Below, piece by piece: positions 48,046 through 58,173 of a stretch of 64,000 nucleotides of DNA; positions within the stretch are counted from its first letter, which is position 1, and every line of letters starts with the position of its first letter. Made by a program: the position numbers and the translations under genes. The stretch comes from an uncultured virus (IMG/VR IMGVR_UViG_3300035135_002062) (taxonomy: Duplodnaviria; Heunggongvirae; Uroviricota; Caudoviricetes). The stretch lies in the IMG/VR virus record IMGVR_UViG_3300035135_002062. The stretch is one strand, 5' to 3'. The notes beneath the pieces were generated by a model that did not search any database, was not told the origin of the DNA, and was given only the letters and a program-made list of their open reading frames with translations.

Positions 48046-49603
48046 ATTTTCTAAAGTAATATCCGTCTAAATATAAACGATCTAATTGTGTTTCGTGGAA
48101 AACCTTGAAAGCGTCTTTATATGATGATAATATTGGTTTTCTGTCTACATTAAAAGATGTGTTTACTAAAACTCCCACACCTGTTTTCTCCTTGAATTTA
48201 GTTAATATCTCATAAACTAAAGGATTTTGTTCTTTAGTCACTGTTTGTACCCGAGCAGTACCATCAATATGTGTAATTGCAGGTAGTCTATGTTTCCATT
48301 CCTCTTTTACCATAGGACAAAAGTTCATCCACCTACTTTCACCTTCCCATTCAAAGTATTCCGATACATCTTCTAACCTGACTATTGGTGCAAATGGTCT
48401 AAACCACTCTCTATGTTTTACTTTGTGATTAAGAGTGTCTTTCATATCCAAAGGTAATGGAGAACAAAGTATACTTCTATTACCCAACGCCCTTGGTCCA
48501 TGTTCAGAATTACCTTGAACTAAACCTAAAATTCTTTGACAATATAAATCCTCAACAATATCTCCGACAGTTGCCTTACGACCATTATATGTGTTTGTGT
48601 ATTCCATAAGTAATGATCTATCTAAAGATCCAACACCTTTATATGTAATGTCAATAATTTTAGTTGGTTTTACATGAGTACACAAAAGACCGACTGTTAA
48701 CCCACAATCGCTTGAGTTGGGGGCAACAAACACATCTAAATCGGGGTATCTATCTTTTACCCTACTATTTAATGTTATATTCAAAGCACACCCACCTGTC
48801 AGTATAATCGGTAGATTAAATTCTTTAACACTATCATCTACACACTCAAAGAAAACTCTTTCGAAGACTTCTTGTGCAGTCCGTGCAAAATCATATTGTT
48901 CCTGACCTTTTAATTTATTTTCCTCTGAAAATGGTATCCCTATTTCATCTGAAAGTGTTTTTTTCTTTTGATCTAAGTTTGCAAAATATGGTATGTTTGA
49001 TGTAAAGAACTTTTTAAGAGGTTCTAACCATTCTTCCCTTACGACACCATATGATTGTAATCCCAATACCTTCCCCGCCGCAGTCAGAGGGTGATAGTGT
49101 TTTATATCGTCACAAAATAAACCGATCAAATGATAGTGACTACCCAAATCTAATGAGTAATTTTTTACGTCTTTCATGTCTTGTCCCTTAATACCATGAA
49201 ATATCCTAAAGAAACCATCATTTGATCCACCGTCAAATGATATTATTAATGCTTCATTGTGTGGTGACTGATAAAAACTTGATGATGCGTGTGAAACGTG
49301 ATGATCTTCGTTCACAATATAATTCTCCGCAGGGATAGATTCCCTCCAAGATTGGGGAACTTCTTTGTATCCTTGGCCGATTATAAATGTATCATACTTT
49401 TCAAACCCATAGGTTAGTTTTAAGTACTGATAAATTTCACCTAATATTTCTTCGTGGACATGTATTGGCTCAAAAAAACAATGACTCGCGTTTTTTAAAT
49501 TTATGAATCTTTCTAATTCTATTACTGTGACAATATCACCATTTAATTCCACGGCCACCGACGCATTGTGATGACTGTGTAATGCAATATTTGGTAAACT
49601 CAT
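48044..49603 (-). CDS. carbamoyltransferase (NodU/CmcH family)
   Basis: HHVSHASS, GGCALN, EHGPRALGNRSIL, KHREWFRPFAP, HIDGTARVQTV, NTSFN. Confidence 0.93.
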   Translation of the reverse strand: MSLPNIALHSHHNASVAVELNGDIVTVIELERFINLKNASHCFFEPIHVHEEILGEIYQYLKLTYGFEKYDTFIIGQGYKEVPQSWRESIPAENYIVNEDHHVSHASSSFYQSPHNEALIISFDGGSNDGFFRIFHGIKGQDMKDVKNYSLDLGSHYHLIGLFCDDIKHYHPLTAAGKVLGLQSYGVVREEWLEPLKKFFTSNIPYFANLDQKKKTLSDEIGIPFSEENKLKGQEQYDFARTAQEVFERVFFECVDDSVKEFNLPIILTGGCALNITLNSRVKDRYPDLDVFVAPNSSDCGLTVGLLCTHVKPTKIIDITYKGVGSLDRSLLMEYTNTYNGRKATVGDIVEDLYCQRILGLVQGNSEHGPRALGNRSILCSPLPLDMKDTLNHKVKHREWFRPFAPIVRLEDVSEYFEWEGESRWMNFCPMVKEEWKHRLPAITHIDGTARVQTVTKEQNPLVYEILTKFKEKTGVGVLVNTSFNVDRKPILSSYKDAFKVFHETQLDRLYLDGYYFRK

Positions 49604-51060
49604 TATATCTTTCTTTTAAAGTGATAGTCCGCATCCGCAGGACTTGATGGTGAAAACTGAGGTGTTACTAACTCAAAACCTAATGATTCTATAATAGGAA
49701 TTGTTTCATGACTTACCTGTGCACCAATATTATATTCTACGTGTTGGAGTTCTATAATTAGATGTTCTACATGTTTTAATATCTCGGGTGCACCCCTCAA
49801 TATGTCTATTTCACATCCTTGGACATCTATTTTTAATAACTGTGGTAAAGGAAATCCTCTCCTTTTCATCACAGTATCCAACCTTTTTGTCTTTCTTTTA
49901 AATTGATTTGATTCGTTTTTGAATAGTACTTCAGCCATACTACTATGTTCAGGGTTTTCCATGTAATATGAATTACCACCAGGGTATGTTACATTCTTAA
50001 AAAATGTCACTTCTTTATCATCTACGTCACTAAATACCCCAATCTCATATTGATCATTGCCCTCTAAAAATATATCTTCTGATTCTTCCATAGCTTCAAA
50101 AAGAAAGTATTGTGCGTTTGGCCATACTTCTTTAGCGATAGTATTCCAGTGGTTAACACACGCACCTACATCATAAATAACCGACGGATTGAACCCAAAT
50201 TCGTTCTTTAATTTTATTAAATAGTCCTGATGTGTTTGGTGAATGGGTCTATCTTTTGAAATGTCTTTTAGTCTTGGATATGAATCCACAAAAAGTCTCT
50301 TCAATTCAAAATGGTTTAGGTATTTTGGACTCCCGTGATTCCAACCATTATCGTGAACAAACAATGGTAAAGTTTCATTCTTTTTAGACCTAAGTCTACC
50401 TCCAACCAACTCATATTCGTCGTGAGATCTTGAAAAAGTATTTACTACAAAAGTGTTTGAGTAATCTAATTTAATCCTTGGTTCAACCCGTGTGTTATAG
50501 TAGTATGTGAAAACCCCCTGATCATTGTTATATGTTTTAATGTCTTTACCAAACATTAAATCTGAAACCATTGTATCTAACATTTTTACATAGACATCCT
50601 TTTTAGCTAAGATCATTCCTGAATTTAAAAATTTACGTTCATTACGATCATATATGTCGTAGTCAGTGTATTCGGTCCAAGTAGATTTTGCTTCAGGTGT
50701 GGGCCACTGATTTTTTTCGTGACCACATATTACGTTATTTTCTAAATCATATGAGTTTATTAGTTCTCCTACATCACCTAAACAAACAACATCACTAGCA
50801 TCACAAAAAATAATGTAATCGGTTTCTATATTTCTCACAATATCTCTCCACAGATAAATTTTGTAAAGTAGATATTCACTTTCATTTCCGAATCTTGATC
50901 TGAATTCTGATTCTTGTTGTACGTACCAACCCCTATTAAAATGGTGGTGTACTATCTCCCTATGTGGATTGAATTTCTTGAATGATTTATAAAGAGTTGT
51001 TTTTTCTATTGGGTAAGTCTCCTCGTTTGACCACGTGACGGTAATTATTTTGATTTCCAT
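49603..51060 (-). CDS. fusion of a PLOD/LH3-type glycosyltransferase domain and a FkbM methyltransferase
   Basis: IIFCDASDV, EKNQWP, FLNSG, DQ, IKLD, VHDNG (PLOD GT); YDVGA, LLKIDVQGCE (FkbM). Confidence 0.78.
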   Translation of the reverse strand: MEIKIITVTWSNEETYPIEKTTLYKSFKKFNPHREIVHHHFNRGWYVQQESEFRSRFGNESEYLLYKIYLWRDIVRNIETDYIIFCDASDVVCLGDVGELINSYDLENNVICGHEKNQWPTPEAKSTWTEYTDYDIYDRNERKFLNSGMILAKKDVYVKMLDTMVSDLMFGKDIKTYNNDQGVFTYYYNTRVEPRIKLDYSNTFVVNTFSRSHDEYELVGGRLRSKKNETLPLFVHDNGWNHGSPKYLNHFELKRLFVDSYPRLKDISKDRPIHQTHQDYLIKLKNEFGFNPSVIYDVGACVNHWNTIAKEVWPNAQYFLFEAMEESEDIFLEGNDQYEIGVFSDVDDKEVTFFKNVTYPGGNSYYMENPEHSSMAEVLFKNESNQFKRKTKRLDTVMKRRGFPLPQLLKIDVQGCEIDILRGAPEILKHVEHLIIELQHVEYNIGAQVSHETIPIIESLGFELVTPQFSPSSPADADYHFKRKI

Positions 51061-51863
51061 TATTTAAAAATATCATAATACTCTCTCCATGTACATTGTA
51101 TGAGATTGTACATTTCTTTATTTTTTAAATAGGTAATATCAAAAACCTTTTCATCACTACCTATATATCCTTGATCCATAGACTCCACAATCGAATCATT
51201 AAAGTCTTTATGTAAACTGTCAATTAAATGTGAGGGACAAAAGAAAGCGGTCCCTTGAATGTGTCTAATTTGTGATAAAGAATGAAACTCCTTGTTGTCT
51301 ATATTGAAATCGGGTGAGTGTGAAAAGAAAGTAACTTTATCTGTGTCTAACCCTCTTATCTTATCAAGGTTAGGCCATCTAACTCCCTTATATTGATCTA
51401 TGTTTTCTCTTAATCCACCCGCGTCAGCCCATATATATAAATCACCATCAAAATATTTCTCATCTTTAGCGTGTTTCAAAAAGTCCATTTTATTAAACAT
51501 TATAATGTTATAAAGTGGTTTGGTCATTTCAGGGACGTTATGATGGACCTTTGATTTAAATTCGTCAGAAAACATTAATTTTTCTAATCTATCGTTGTAA
51601 TTGACATAACACGGTAACCAAGTTAATGGACAATTTATAATTTTAGTTCTTTCCAAATTTGGATCAAACTCCTTTCTCATTGAACGTATTTTTTCGTAGA
51701 ATATATCTTCAGTGTATATTACGAACTCCGCATCTAATGATAGTGTGTTATTCATCCACCACAAATATGTATTATAAGATAAATTAAAGTTATCCCAATT
51801 ATCCCTACCAATATCAAATAGGGCCATAACAATTACGGGTTTATTAATTATAGCCATTCCCAA
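51060..51863 (-). CDS. HtrL/YibB (WlaTC)-family glycosyltransferase
   Basis: ALFDIGR, PLYNIIMFNK, YIWADAG. Confidence 0.78.
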   Translation of the reverse strand: MGMAIINKPVIVMALFDIGRDNWDNFNLSYNTYLWWMNNTLSLDAEFVIYTEDIFYEKIRSMRKEFDPNLERTKIINCPLTWLPCYVNYNDRLEKLMFSDEFKSKVHHNVPEMTKPLYNIIMFNKMDFLKHAKDEKYFDGDLYIWADAGGLRENIDQYKGVRWPNLDKIRGLDTDKVTFFSHSPDFNIDNKEFHSLSQIRHIQGTAFFCPSHLIDSLHKDFNDSIVESMDQGYIGSDEKVFDITYLKNKEMYNLIQCTWREYYDIFK

Positions 51864-52654
51864 GTAAATTTTTGTCCCTTATGATATAATTCACATACAT
51901 CATTAGGAATAAAGAAGTTATTAAATTCGTCCATCATGGATGATACTTTGAATCCGTCTGACGCTAAAGAAGTTGGTACAAAACCTTCTGAATATCCATA
52001 GTAACCCTGTTTATGTAGATCAAGTAAGTGTACCATCGCCTTTCTTGAGTATCTCACTATTGGGTAAAATGAACCTAAGTGTTTTTCTTTAGATTTAAAG
52101 TTATCACCAGGACCAGGACAATGACCTAACCAATGACCTCTTGAACCTTCCATTCTTTTATTTATTACTGAAACTGATGGTAATTCAGGATAGTCTTCTT
52201 TTTTAAATGCCTGAATGACAATAAAGTCGTCATCAACGTCAGAGTAATTCTCCAACAAACTTTTTAGTGAACCATTAAACTGTACGTCATCGTCAAAAAA
52301 CCAATAATATTCAAAATATGGGTTTTTTATAAAGAACGTTAACATTCTAAAATGTGCGTAAAAATATTTAGGGTTTTGATGAGATCCCCAAAAATGAAAA
52401 GAACTTATTGGTTTATCAAAACCGTTCTCTTCGAAATCCCCATCGTTGTAAATACACACTTTTGGTCCACCATATTTTTCCGACACAAACTCTTCTGTGT
52501 AACCATGGTGGTCATCGAATAGTAAATAAAAATTAGGGAATTCTTCTTGGTGGAAAGTTCTTATTGTTTTATTTCCGTCACCTTCAAAAGTTCTATGATA
52601 AGAACAAATTACTACCGCGGTATCTTTTAATTTATCTATGGACATCTTTTTCAA
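51848..52654 (-). CDS. putative GT-A glycosyltransferase
   Basis: YEYYWFFDDDV-type motif (FEYYWFFDDDVQFNG), FYPIVRYS, EGFVPT. Confidence 0.6.
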   Translation of the reverse strand: MKKMSIDKLKDTAVVICSYHRTFEGDGNKTIRTFHQEEFPNFYLLFDDHHGYTEEFVSEKYGGPKVCIYNDGDFEENGFDKPISSFHFWGSHQNPKYFYAHFRMLTFFIKNPYFEYYWFFDDDVQFNGSLKSLLENYSDVDDDFIVIQAFKKEDYPELPSVSVINKRMEGSRGHWLGHCPGPGDNFKSKEKHLGSFYPIVRYSRKAMVHLLDLHKQGYYGYSEGFVPTSLASDGFKVSSMMDEFNNFFIPNDVCELYHKGQKFTWEWL

Positions 52655-53471
52655 ATACTATGTTATACTTTTCGTTTATTAAATTGTGCCACTCAGGTAC
52701 TCTATTAAACTGATGTGCAATTTTAAATGGGGTCCCAACTGAAGTACAAACAGTCTTATCGATCATTTGTGGATGACCATACTTCAAATTGTTGTTAAAT
52801 CCCCAAGCCTTAAAGAATTGTGTGGGTCCCGATACTGCACTATGTTGTACCCAACCCTCGTCTAAATTGAACATCTTAAAACCTTCTATCTCATTACGTG
52901 AAATCATCACGTTAAATGCCGCCTGATCTTTTATGTTATGATCATCTGAACCATCTTCACACAATTGGAACATTCTCTCGTATACAGGTATTAAACCTTC
53001 TCTTGTTCCACCTATAACACCCGAGTTTACTATCTCTTTACCAACACATCCCTCAATGTACTCAGGAAATATCTTCTTGATATTATCCATATTCCACGGT
53101 TCTTGATTAATGTCGACACCCTCACCACCTGCAAAAACAGAATAATTTTCTGTTTCCATCAACTCAAAAGGATCTCCCTGAAACACTACGTCAAACACAT
53201 CAGTAATCATAAATAAATCAATGTCGGTAGTTTTAAGAAAGTTAAGTGTGTGTTCAAGTCGCTTATGGTTAAAAAACCATTCATTTTCTATTGTTACTAA
53301 ATGAGAAGAGATACCCAATTCTTTACATACATCTAAATCATCTTGTGTTCCATTAGCCAATAGTAATATAACTTCACCATCAGTCACTTCTTTAAAACTT
53401 TTAGACCATAACGTAACTTTTTGTATGTTACTTTTTAAGTTATTGGCTACCCCTAATAATGCTTTCTTCAT
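52632..53471 (-). CDS. putative GT-A glycosyltransferase
   Basis: ITDVFDVVFQGDPF, VNSGVIGG, DQAAFN, AHQFNR. Confidence 0.7.
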   Translation of the reverse strand: MKKALLGVANNLKSNIQKVTLWSKSFKEVTDGEVILLLANGTQDDLDVCKELGISSHLVTIENEWFFNHKRLEHTLNFLKTTDIDLFMITDVFDVVFQGDPFELMETENYSVFAGGEGVDINQEPWNMDNIKKIFPEYIEGCVGKEIVNSGVIGGTREGLIPVYERMFQLCEDGSDDHNIKDQAAFNVMISRNEIEGFKMFNLDEGWVQHSAVSGPTQFFKAWGFNNNLKYGHPQMIDKTVCTSVGTPFKIAHQFNRVPEWHNLINEKYNIVFEKDVHR

Positions 53472-53475
53472 AATT

Positions 53476-54729
53476 TTATAAAACTCCCTCTAATTTTTCA
53501 CACCAACCTTTCGATTCAGAATGTGGCCAAACAATCCATTTATGTGGTTTCTCTTCAACATTGAATTCTCTCCATATTTTACACCACTCATCTGGTTGTG
53601 TTAAAAGACCTCTTATTTCATTTGGTTGTAAGTCTTTTCTATCTAATGAAACACCTTTCTCATCTTCAAAGATTACCGCAATGAAGGTATAGTCATCTTC
53701 TTTTAAACTATTTTTATGAATGTCTATACAATGTTTAAATATTCTCATAAATGAGTTTTCATAGTCCTCATCACTTAAAACGGGGTTCGGTGGTAATCCT
53801 CTATCCATTGTATATTTTTGTACTGCTCTTTTCTTAAATGAAATTCCCGCATATTTTTCATAATCCTCTAATGTTCTTACAGGACCAAAATCATAGATAC
53901 CAAAATCTATATCTTTTTCATGCCCATCCATTTCGAATAATTTTCTATTTCTTAAATGTGAACTACTATTTTTGGATCCCCAAGTTTTATCATCATCCCA
54001 CTGTTTTGTTCTACCTTTTCTTGTGTATTCATGCCACGCAATAATTTTATGTGGATGAAATAAATCATAACCCCATGTGAAAGCCCTAACCGCAATTGAT
54101 ATCTCTTCCCCATGGAAATAATACTCGGGGTCATGTGGGACCTCCTCAACAAAAGAACCAAGACTAAACGCAAAGTGTGCGGAATAGAATCTTGAAGTTA
54201 TTGGTTCTGTAAGTTCTTTATGATTCTCTATAGACGCAGGTAAAAAGAAGATTGCTCCCTCAGGTATAAATCTATCAAAATTCATTTTCCATGGAGTTTG
54301 TACTCTCCCGTCAGGGTCTTTTTCGGGGTTATAAGAAGATATATAACTTGTTAGTAAAGGTTTCTCATGTCCTTTCTCTTGTAAACCTTTTAACATATCT
54401 ATCAACTCCTTATCCCAATCTTGAATAAATCTGTGATGTGAATCTAATTGTAGTGTGTACTCTTCCCCATCGTATTGTTGTTGGAGCGTATTCCTGGCCC
54501 AACAAGCACCTTTTGATTCTGTATAGTTGACATCAATAATTTTAAATCTCGGATCATCTTTAAATTCATCGAGGTTATCCCACTCATCTTCTTTTGAGTG
54601 TTGCCAACAAATACTAAAAACAAGATTTTCTGGTTTATTCGCCTTTTCAATACAATCCCTTAATGTAGGTATCAATTCGGGATCCCTGTATGAAGCTATC
54701 TGTATAAAAATTTTACCGTTGTTCTTCAT
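53476..54729 (-). CDS. GT60-like polypeptide/hydroxyproline N-acetylglucosaminyltransferase (Gnt1-like)
   Basis: IFIQIASYRDPEL, GACWAR, LQLDSHHRF..WD, FHGEEI, FTWGYDLFHP. Confidence 0.85.
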   Translation of the reverse strand: MKNNGKIFIQIASYRDPELIPTLRDCIEKANKPENLVFSICWQHSKEDEWDNLDEFKDDPRFKIIDVNYTESKGACWARNTLQQQYDGEEYTLQLDSHHRFIQDWDKELIDMLKGLQEKGHEKPLLTSYISSYNPEKDPDGRVQTPWKMNFDRFIPEGAIFFLPASIENHKELTEPITSRFYSAHFAFSLGSFVEEVPHDPEYYFHGEEISIAVRAFTWGYDLFHPHKIIAWHEYTRKGRTKQWDDDKTWGSKNSSSHLRNRKLFEMDGHEKDIDFGIYDFGPVRTLEDYEKYAGISFKKRAVQKYTMDRGLPPNPVLSDEDYENSFMRIFKHCIDIHKNSLKEDDYTFIAVIFEDEKGVSLDRKDLQPNEIRGLLTQPDEWCKIWREFNVEEKPHKWIVWPHSESKGWCEKLEGVL

Positions 54730-54787
54730 ATAATGTTTTTTTTAGAATATAAATAAATAAAGTAAAATTTTAAACCCTAAGTGGTGG

Positions 54788-54816
54788 TTGACTTACCACT
54801 TTTTTTTTCGTATAAT
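54788..54816 (+). promoter_or_regulatory. sigma70-consensus promoter TTGACT-N17-TATAAT
   Basis: Exact 17-bp spacer; ATG 6 nt after the -10 box. Confidence 0.7.
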
Positions 54817-54822
54817 AGAAGT

Positions 54823-55203
54823 ATGGAACAACCACAATCACCGAAAGTAGTGAGACGTAAAGTAGAGACAGTACTTGACGTAATTAGAAAATCGGGTTAC
54901 TTTGAAATCTTCGATATCAAAGAGGATTATGCGAGGAAAGAGATTACGTATAGTGTCTTAGAGGAATACTCAAAACAAATGTCTCCAAACTTTGAACTCA
55001 ATTGGGGTGATCATAAAATAGGTACGATGTTGAGTAGAATTTTTGTTGGTTCCATACTTCATGAATTAAAAGAAGAGGGTATAGTTGGTTCATACGAAGA
55101 TGAACAGACTGAAGAAGTTTTCTTCCTCACAGAAAAAGGTAAAAAATTCAAACCTGAATACGGTGATTTAATCACTAAAATTAACGACCGAAAAAGTAAT
55201 TAA
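54823..55203 (+). CDS. hypothetical protein with winged-helix-like C-terminus
   Basis: LHELKEEGIVGSYEDEQTEEVFFLTEKGK. Confidence 0.55.
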   Translation: MEQPQSPKVVRRKVETVLDVIRKSGYFEIFDIKEDYARKEITYSVLEEYSKQMSPNFELNWGDHKIGTMLSRIFVGSILHELKEEGIVGSYEDEQTEEVFFLTEKGKKFKPEYGDLITKINDRKSN

Positions 55204-55222
55204 TCCTTAAAAAACAAAAAAC

Positions 55223-56257
55223 ATGTTATTTGATTTCGATGATCTTTTAATCGAACCTGCGGGTTTGAGTGCAATCCGTTCTCGTTCTGAAACACATCCT
55301 TATTACGGAAATAAATTACCTCTTATGACGGCACCGATGGATACTGTTGTTGATGTAAATAACCATCATTACTTCACTGATTTGGGTATAACTGTGGTTT
55401 TCCCCCGCAATACATCAAATACGGAAGACAGAAGAGACTTAGGGGATAACTTCATATCATTTAGTTTAACCGATTTCGATAGATACTTTATTGAAAATGA
55501 TATGGATATCCCAAAGGATAGAAAACTCCAAGTACTAATCGATATTGCAAATGGACATATGGAGGATCTATTAAAGAGTACGAAAACCGCTAAGGAAAAA
55601 TATGGTGACCAACTAATTCTTATGGTTGGTAATATTGCAAACCCCACAACTTTCTACCAATATTGTCTGACGGGTGTTGATTATATCAGAATTGGTATTG
55701 GAAATGGTGGTGGTTGTCTAACTACAGTACAAACAGGTGTGGGATACCCCATGGCTAGTTTAATTAGTGAATGTAGTAAGATCAAAAAAAGAAACACCCA
55801 CATCACAACTAAAATCGTTGCTGATGGTGGTTTTAAAAAATACTCTGATGTAATAAAAGCGTTAGGACTCGGTGCCGATTATGTTATGTTAGGATCTATC
55901 TTCAATAAATCCCTTGAAAGTTGTGGATTAACAACCAATAAACTGAATGAAACTATTGATCAGTATAGTACCGAAGCTCGTGATATGTTCAATGTAGATA
56001 TTCCTTTGTATAAAAACTTCAGAGGTATGAGTACTAAAGAAGTTCAGAAGGTGTGGGGTAAAAAAGATCTAAAAACATCGGAGGGTGTGGTCAGAAAGTA
56101 TGAAGTGGAGTACACCCTCAAGGGGTGGGTAGATAACTTTACATCGTATTTAAAATCTGCGATGAGTTATACTAATAATAAGACACTTTCAGATTTTGTT
56201 GGGGGTGTGAATTTTAACTTGATTACTCAGAAATCTTTCGACAGGTTCAATAAATGA
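55223..56257 (+). CDS. guaC: GMP reductase / IMP dehydrogenase family protein (no CBS domains)
   Basis: FDDLLIEP, TAPMDTV, IDIANGH, RIGIGNGGGCLT, ADGG, FRGMS, SEG. Confidence 0.8.
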   Translation: MLFDFDDLLIEPAGLSAIRSRSETHPYYGNKLPLMTAPMDTVVDVNNHHYFTDLGITVVFPRNTSNTEDRRDLGDNFISFSLTDFDRYFIENDMDIPKDRKLQVLIDIANGHMEDLLKSTKTAKEKYGDQLILMVGNIANPTTFYQYCLTGVDYIRIGIGNGGGCLTTVQTGVGYPMASLISECSKIKKRNTHITTKIVADGGFKKYSDVIKALGLGADYVMLGSIFNKSLESCGLTTNKLNETIDQYSTEARDMFNVDIPLYKNFRGMSTKEVQKVWGKKDLKTSEGVVRKYEVEYTLKGWVDNFTSYLKSAMSYTNNKTLSDFVGGVNFNLITQKSFDRFNK

Positions 56258-56491
56258 TTAACCGATATTAAAACCTTTATCGTCGGCGGTAAAATCCTTA
56301 TCTCTGTGCATCCCGTCTTTAATGTATGATCTAATTAATTTAGATACTGTCATATTTTTTTTGTCTGCGACCTTTTCAATTTCTTTGAAATACGCAGGTA
56401 CAATTCTAAATGATAACATCTGAATTAATTGTTGGTTTTTCGGTTTATCCGAACCAACATTTCCTTTCTTTTTAGATGCTTTAGACGCCAT
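56258..56491 (-). CDS. ribbon-helix-helix DNA-binding protein
   Basis: LSFRI strand followed by KEIEKVADKKNMTVSKLIRSYI. Confidence 0.7.
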   Translation of the reverse strand: MASKASKKKGNVGSDKPKNQQLIQMLSFRIVPAYFKEIEKVADKKNMTVSKLIRSYIKDGMHRDKDFTADDKGFNIG

Positions 56492-56582
56492 AGTTTTAAT
56501 CTTTTATTATAAATACTTTAACTTATATAAATATTTGACTTCGTCCATTTTTTTGTGTATCATTTAGTATAAACATAATTTT

Positions 56583-56957
56583 ATGCAGACAGATACAGAA
56601 CTTATAAAAAAAGTAACAACAAGTGATGTTGTGAATGAGATTGAAACTAAATACCCTGAGACTACTCAGATGTTTAAAGAAGTGATGCAACACCAATATG
56701 AACTTTTTTGTTTAAAACAATCAAACTACGGACCTGATAATATTTCATTAGGAACTAACCTACAGAAAAAGGAAGACAGGAAAATGTCTCAAATGGGTCT
56801 ATGGTTTAGAATGAATGATAAAATCCAAAGATTAAAACAACTTGTATTATTAGGAAATAAAGATAATGTCGGGGAATCTGTAACGGATACCTACCAAGAT
56901 TTATCGGTTTACGGTATAATATGTCAAATAGTTAAAGAGGGTAAATGGGGTAAATAA
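56583..56957 (+). CDS. DUF1599 / nucleotide-modification-associated domain protein
   Basis: KQSNYG, RMNDKIQRL, ESVTDTYQDLSVYGII. Confidence 0.8.
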   Translation: MQTDTELIKKVTTSDVVNEIETKYPETTQMFKEVMQHQYELFCLKQSNYGPDNISLGTNLQKKEDRKMSQMGLWFRMNDKIQRLKQLVLLGNKDNVGESVTDTYQDLSVYGIICQIVKEGKWGK

Positions 56958-57002
56958 TAACCTCAACTCAACTAACAACATATTTATAGTAAAACGAGAA
57001 CT

Positions 57003-57350
57003 ATGGCAATAAATGTAGACATTAATCACCCATCATTTATAAAACTATTAGATAAGGTTAATACCAAAGTACTTTCTGCGGTCAAAGTAGATAGTTACTT
57101 TTCATTGACTGATGGTAAAAGAAAAGGTATCTCATACCTAACACTTAAACTTGTTAATTCTTCATTAGGAACTAAAATGAAACTCACCGAGAATGAGTTG
57201 TTGAGTTTTGTGACTATTCTTTGGAAGAGGAACGAAGAGATCGAAAATTATGAATTGGCTGCAATATTCAAGGATATTATGGAAAACTTCAAGATCATAT
57301 ATTCTTCGGTCAAACCAGTAAAAAAGGTAAGAAAAATTAACGTCAAGTAA
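57003..57350 (+). CDS. protein with a C-terminal UVR-like motif
   Basis: RNEEIENYELAAIFKDI. Confidence 0.6.
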   Translation: MAINVDINHPSFIKLLDKVNTKVLSAVKVDSYFSLTDGKRKGISYLTLKLVNSSLGTKMKLTENELLSFVTILWKRNEEIENYELAAIFKDIMENFKIIYSSVKPVKKVRKINVK

Positions 57351-57552
57351 TTTCTTCCCACTCAACATCCTCTATTTTTTCACAAAAGATAAATGATCTT
57401 CTACTGTGCACTTTAAAGGCGTGTTCAACACCTAACCACTCTTTTATGAGTGAGGTGTTCTTACACTTCTCCATCAAATACTCTGCGTGAACGATATATA
57501 ACTCACCATTAATTCTTTCTATTGGTCTTTGATATATTGGAAATCTTGGCAC
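57343..57552 (-). CDS. hypothetical protein
   Basis: 69-aa ORF. Confidence 0.6.
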   Translation of the reverse strand: MPRFPIYQRPIERINGELYIVHAEYLMEKCKNTSLIKEWLGVEHAFKVHSRRSFIFCEKIEDVEWEEIT

Positions 57553-57558
57553 TTCAAA

Positions 57559-58173
57559 TTATTGTGGTCTCGCATTAGGTATCATGAAATCACTCCAATC
57601 ACGTCCTTTTTGGTTTATGTTATCAAAGTAGAAGGTCCATTCGTTTTTTCCTGCCCATATTTGTTTTGTGAACCCACTTGGGATCAAAGCCCCTCCTGCA
57701 ACATATTCGGGTTCATTAGCAAAATGAATTGTAATGTTTACTGTCACAGTTTCAAAAACTTTGGCTAAGTCCCTTTCGAATCTTTCAAGTTCTTTCCACG
57801 GTCCTCTGTTTAACGATTCATGTTGTAACGCACAATTAAGGTAGTTAAACGTTTCTTTGAGAGTTTGTTTATCAAAACAATTAAAGTTTGCTGCAGGTGC
57901 CATGTGACCCTTATCATATACATTTGCTTTGTAATCGTTATTGTCAGATGTCTTCCACCCCGTCGGTTTCCAAAAGTCCATACCGTCCCTACTTATGTCT
58001 CCTGTGGGACACATAACTCTATATGTTACTTGAAGTGGTTGTTCATAGTCTTCAGAATAAACTACAGTGTATAATTCTCCTTTATAGGTTTTAATTTGAC
58101 TATAAAGTGGTGATGTTCCAATAATGAAACATATTAGTAGTAAATTGATTAATCTTTGATGCATTAGTTTCAT
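57559..58173 (-). CDS. DNA/RNA non-specific endonuclease with signal peptide
   Basis: YDKGHMAPAA, TFNYLN, LNRGPWKELE, IPSGFTK. Confidence 0.9.
   Translation of the reverse strand: MKLMHQRLINLLLICFIIGTSPLYSQIKTYKGELYTVVYSEDYEQPLQVTYRVMCPTGDISRDGMDFWKPTGWKTSDNNDYKANVYDKGHMAPAANFNCFDKQTLKETFNYLNCALQHESLNRGPWKELERFERDLAKVFETVTVNITIHFANEPEYVAGGALIPSGFTKQIWAGKNEWTFYFDNINQKGRDWSDFMIPNARPQ

Noticed and set aside
54779..54808. Hairpin plus T-run resembling a terminator
   Set aside because: No upstream plus-strand gene to terminate; it overlaps a consensus promoter, so it is more likely promoter/operator sequence
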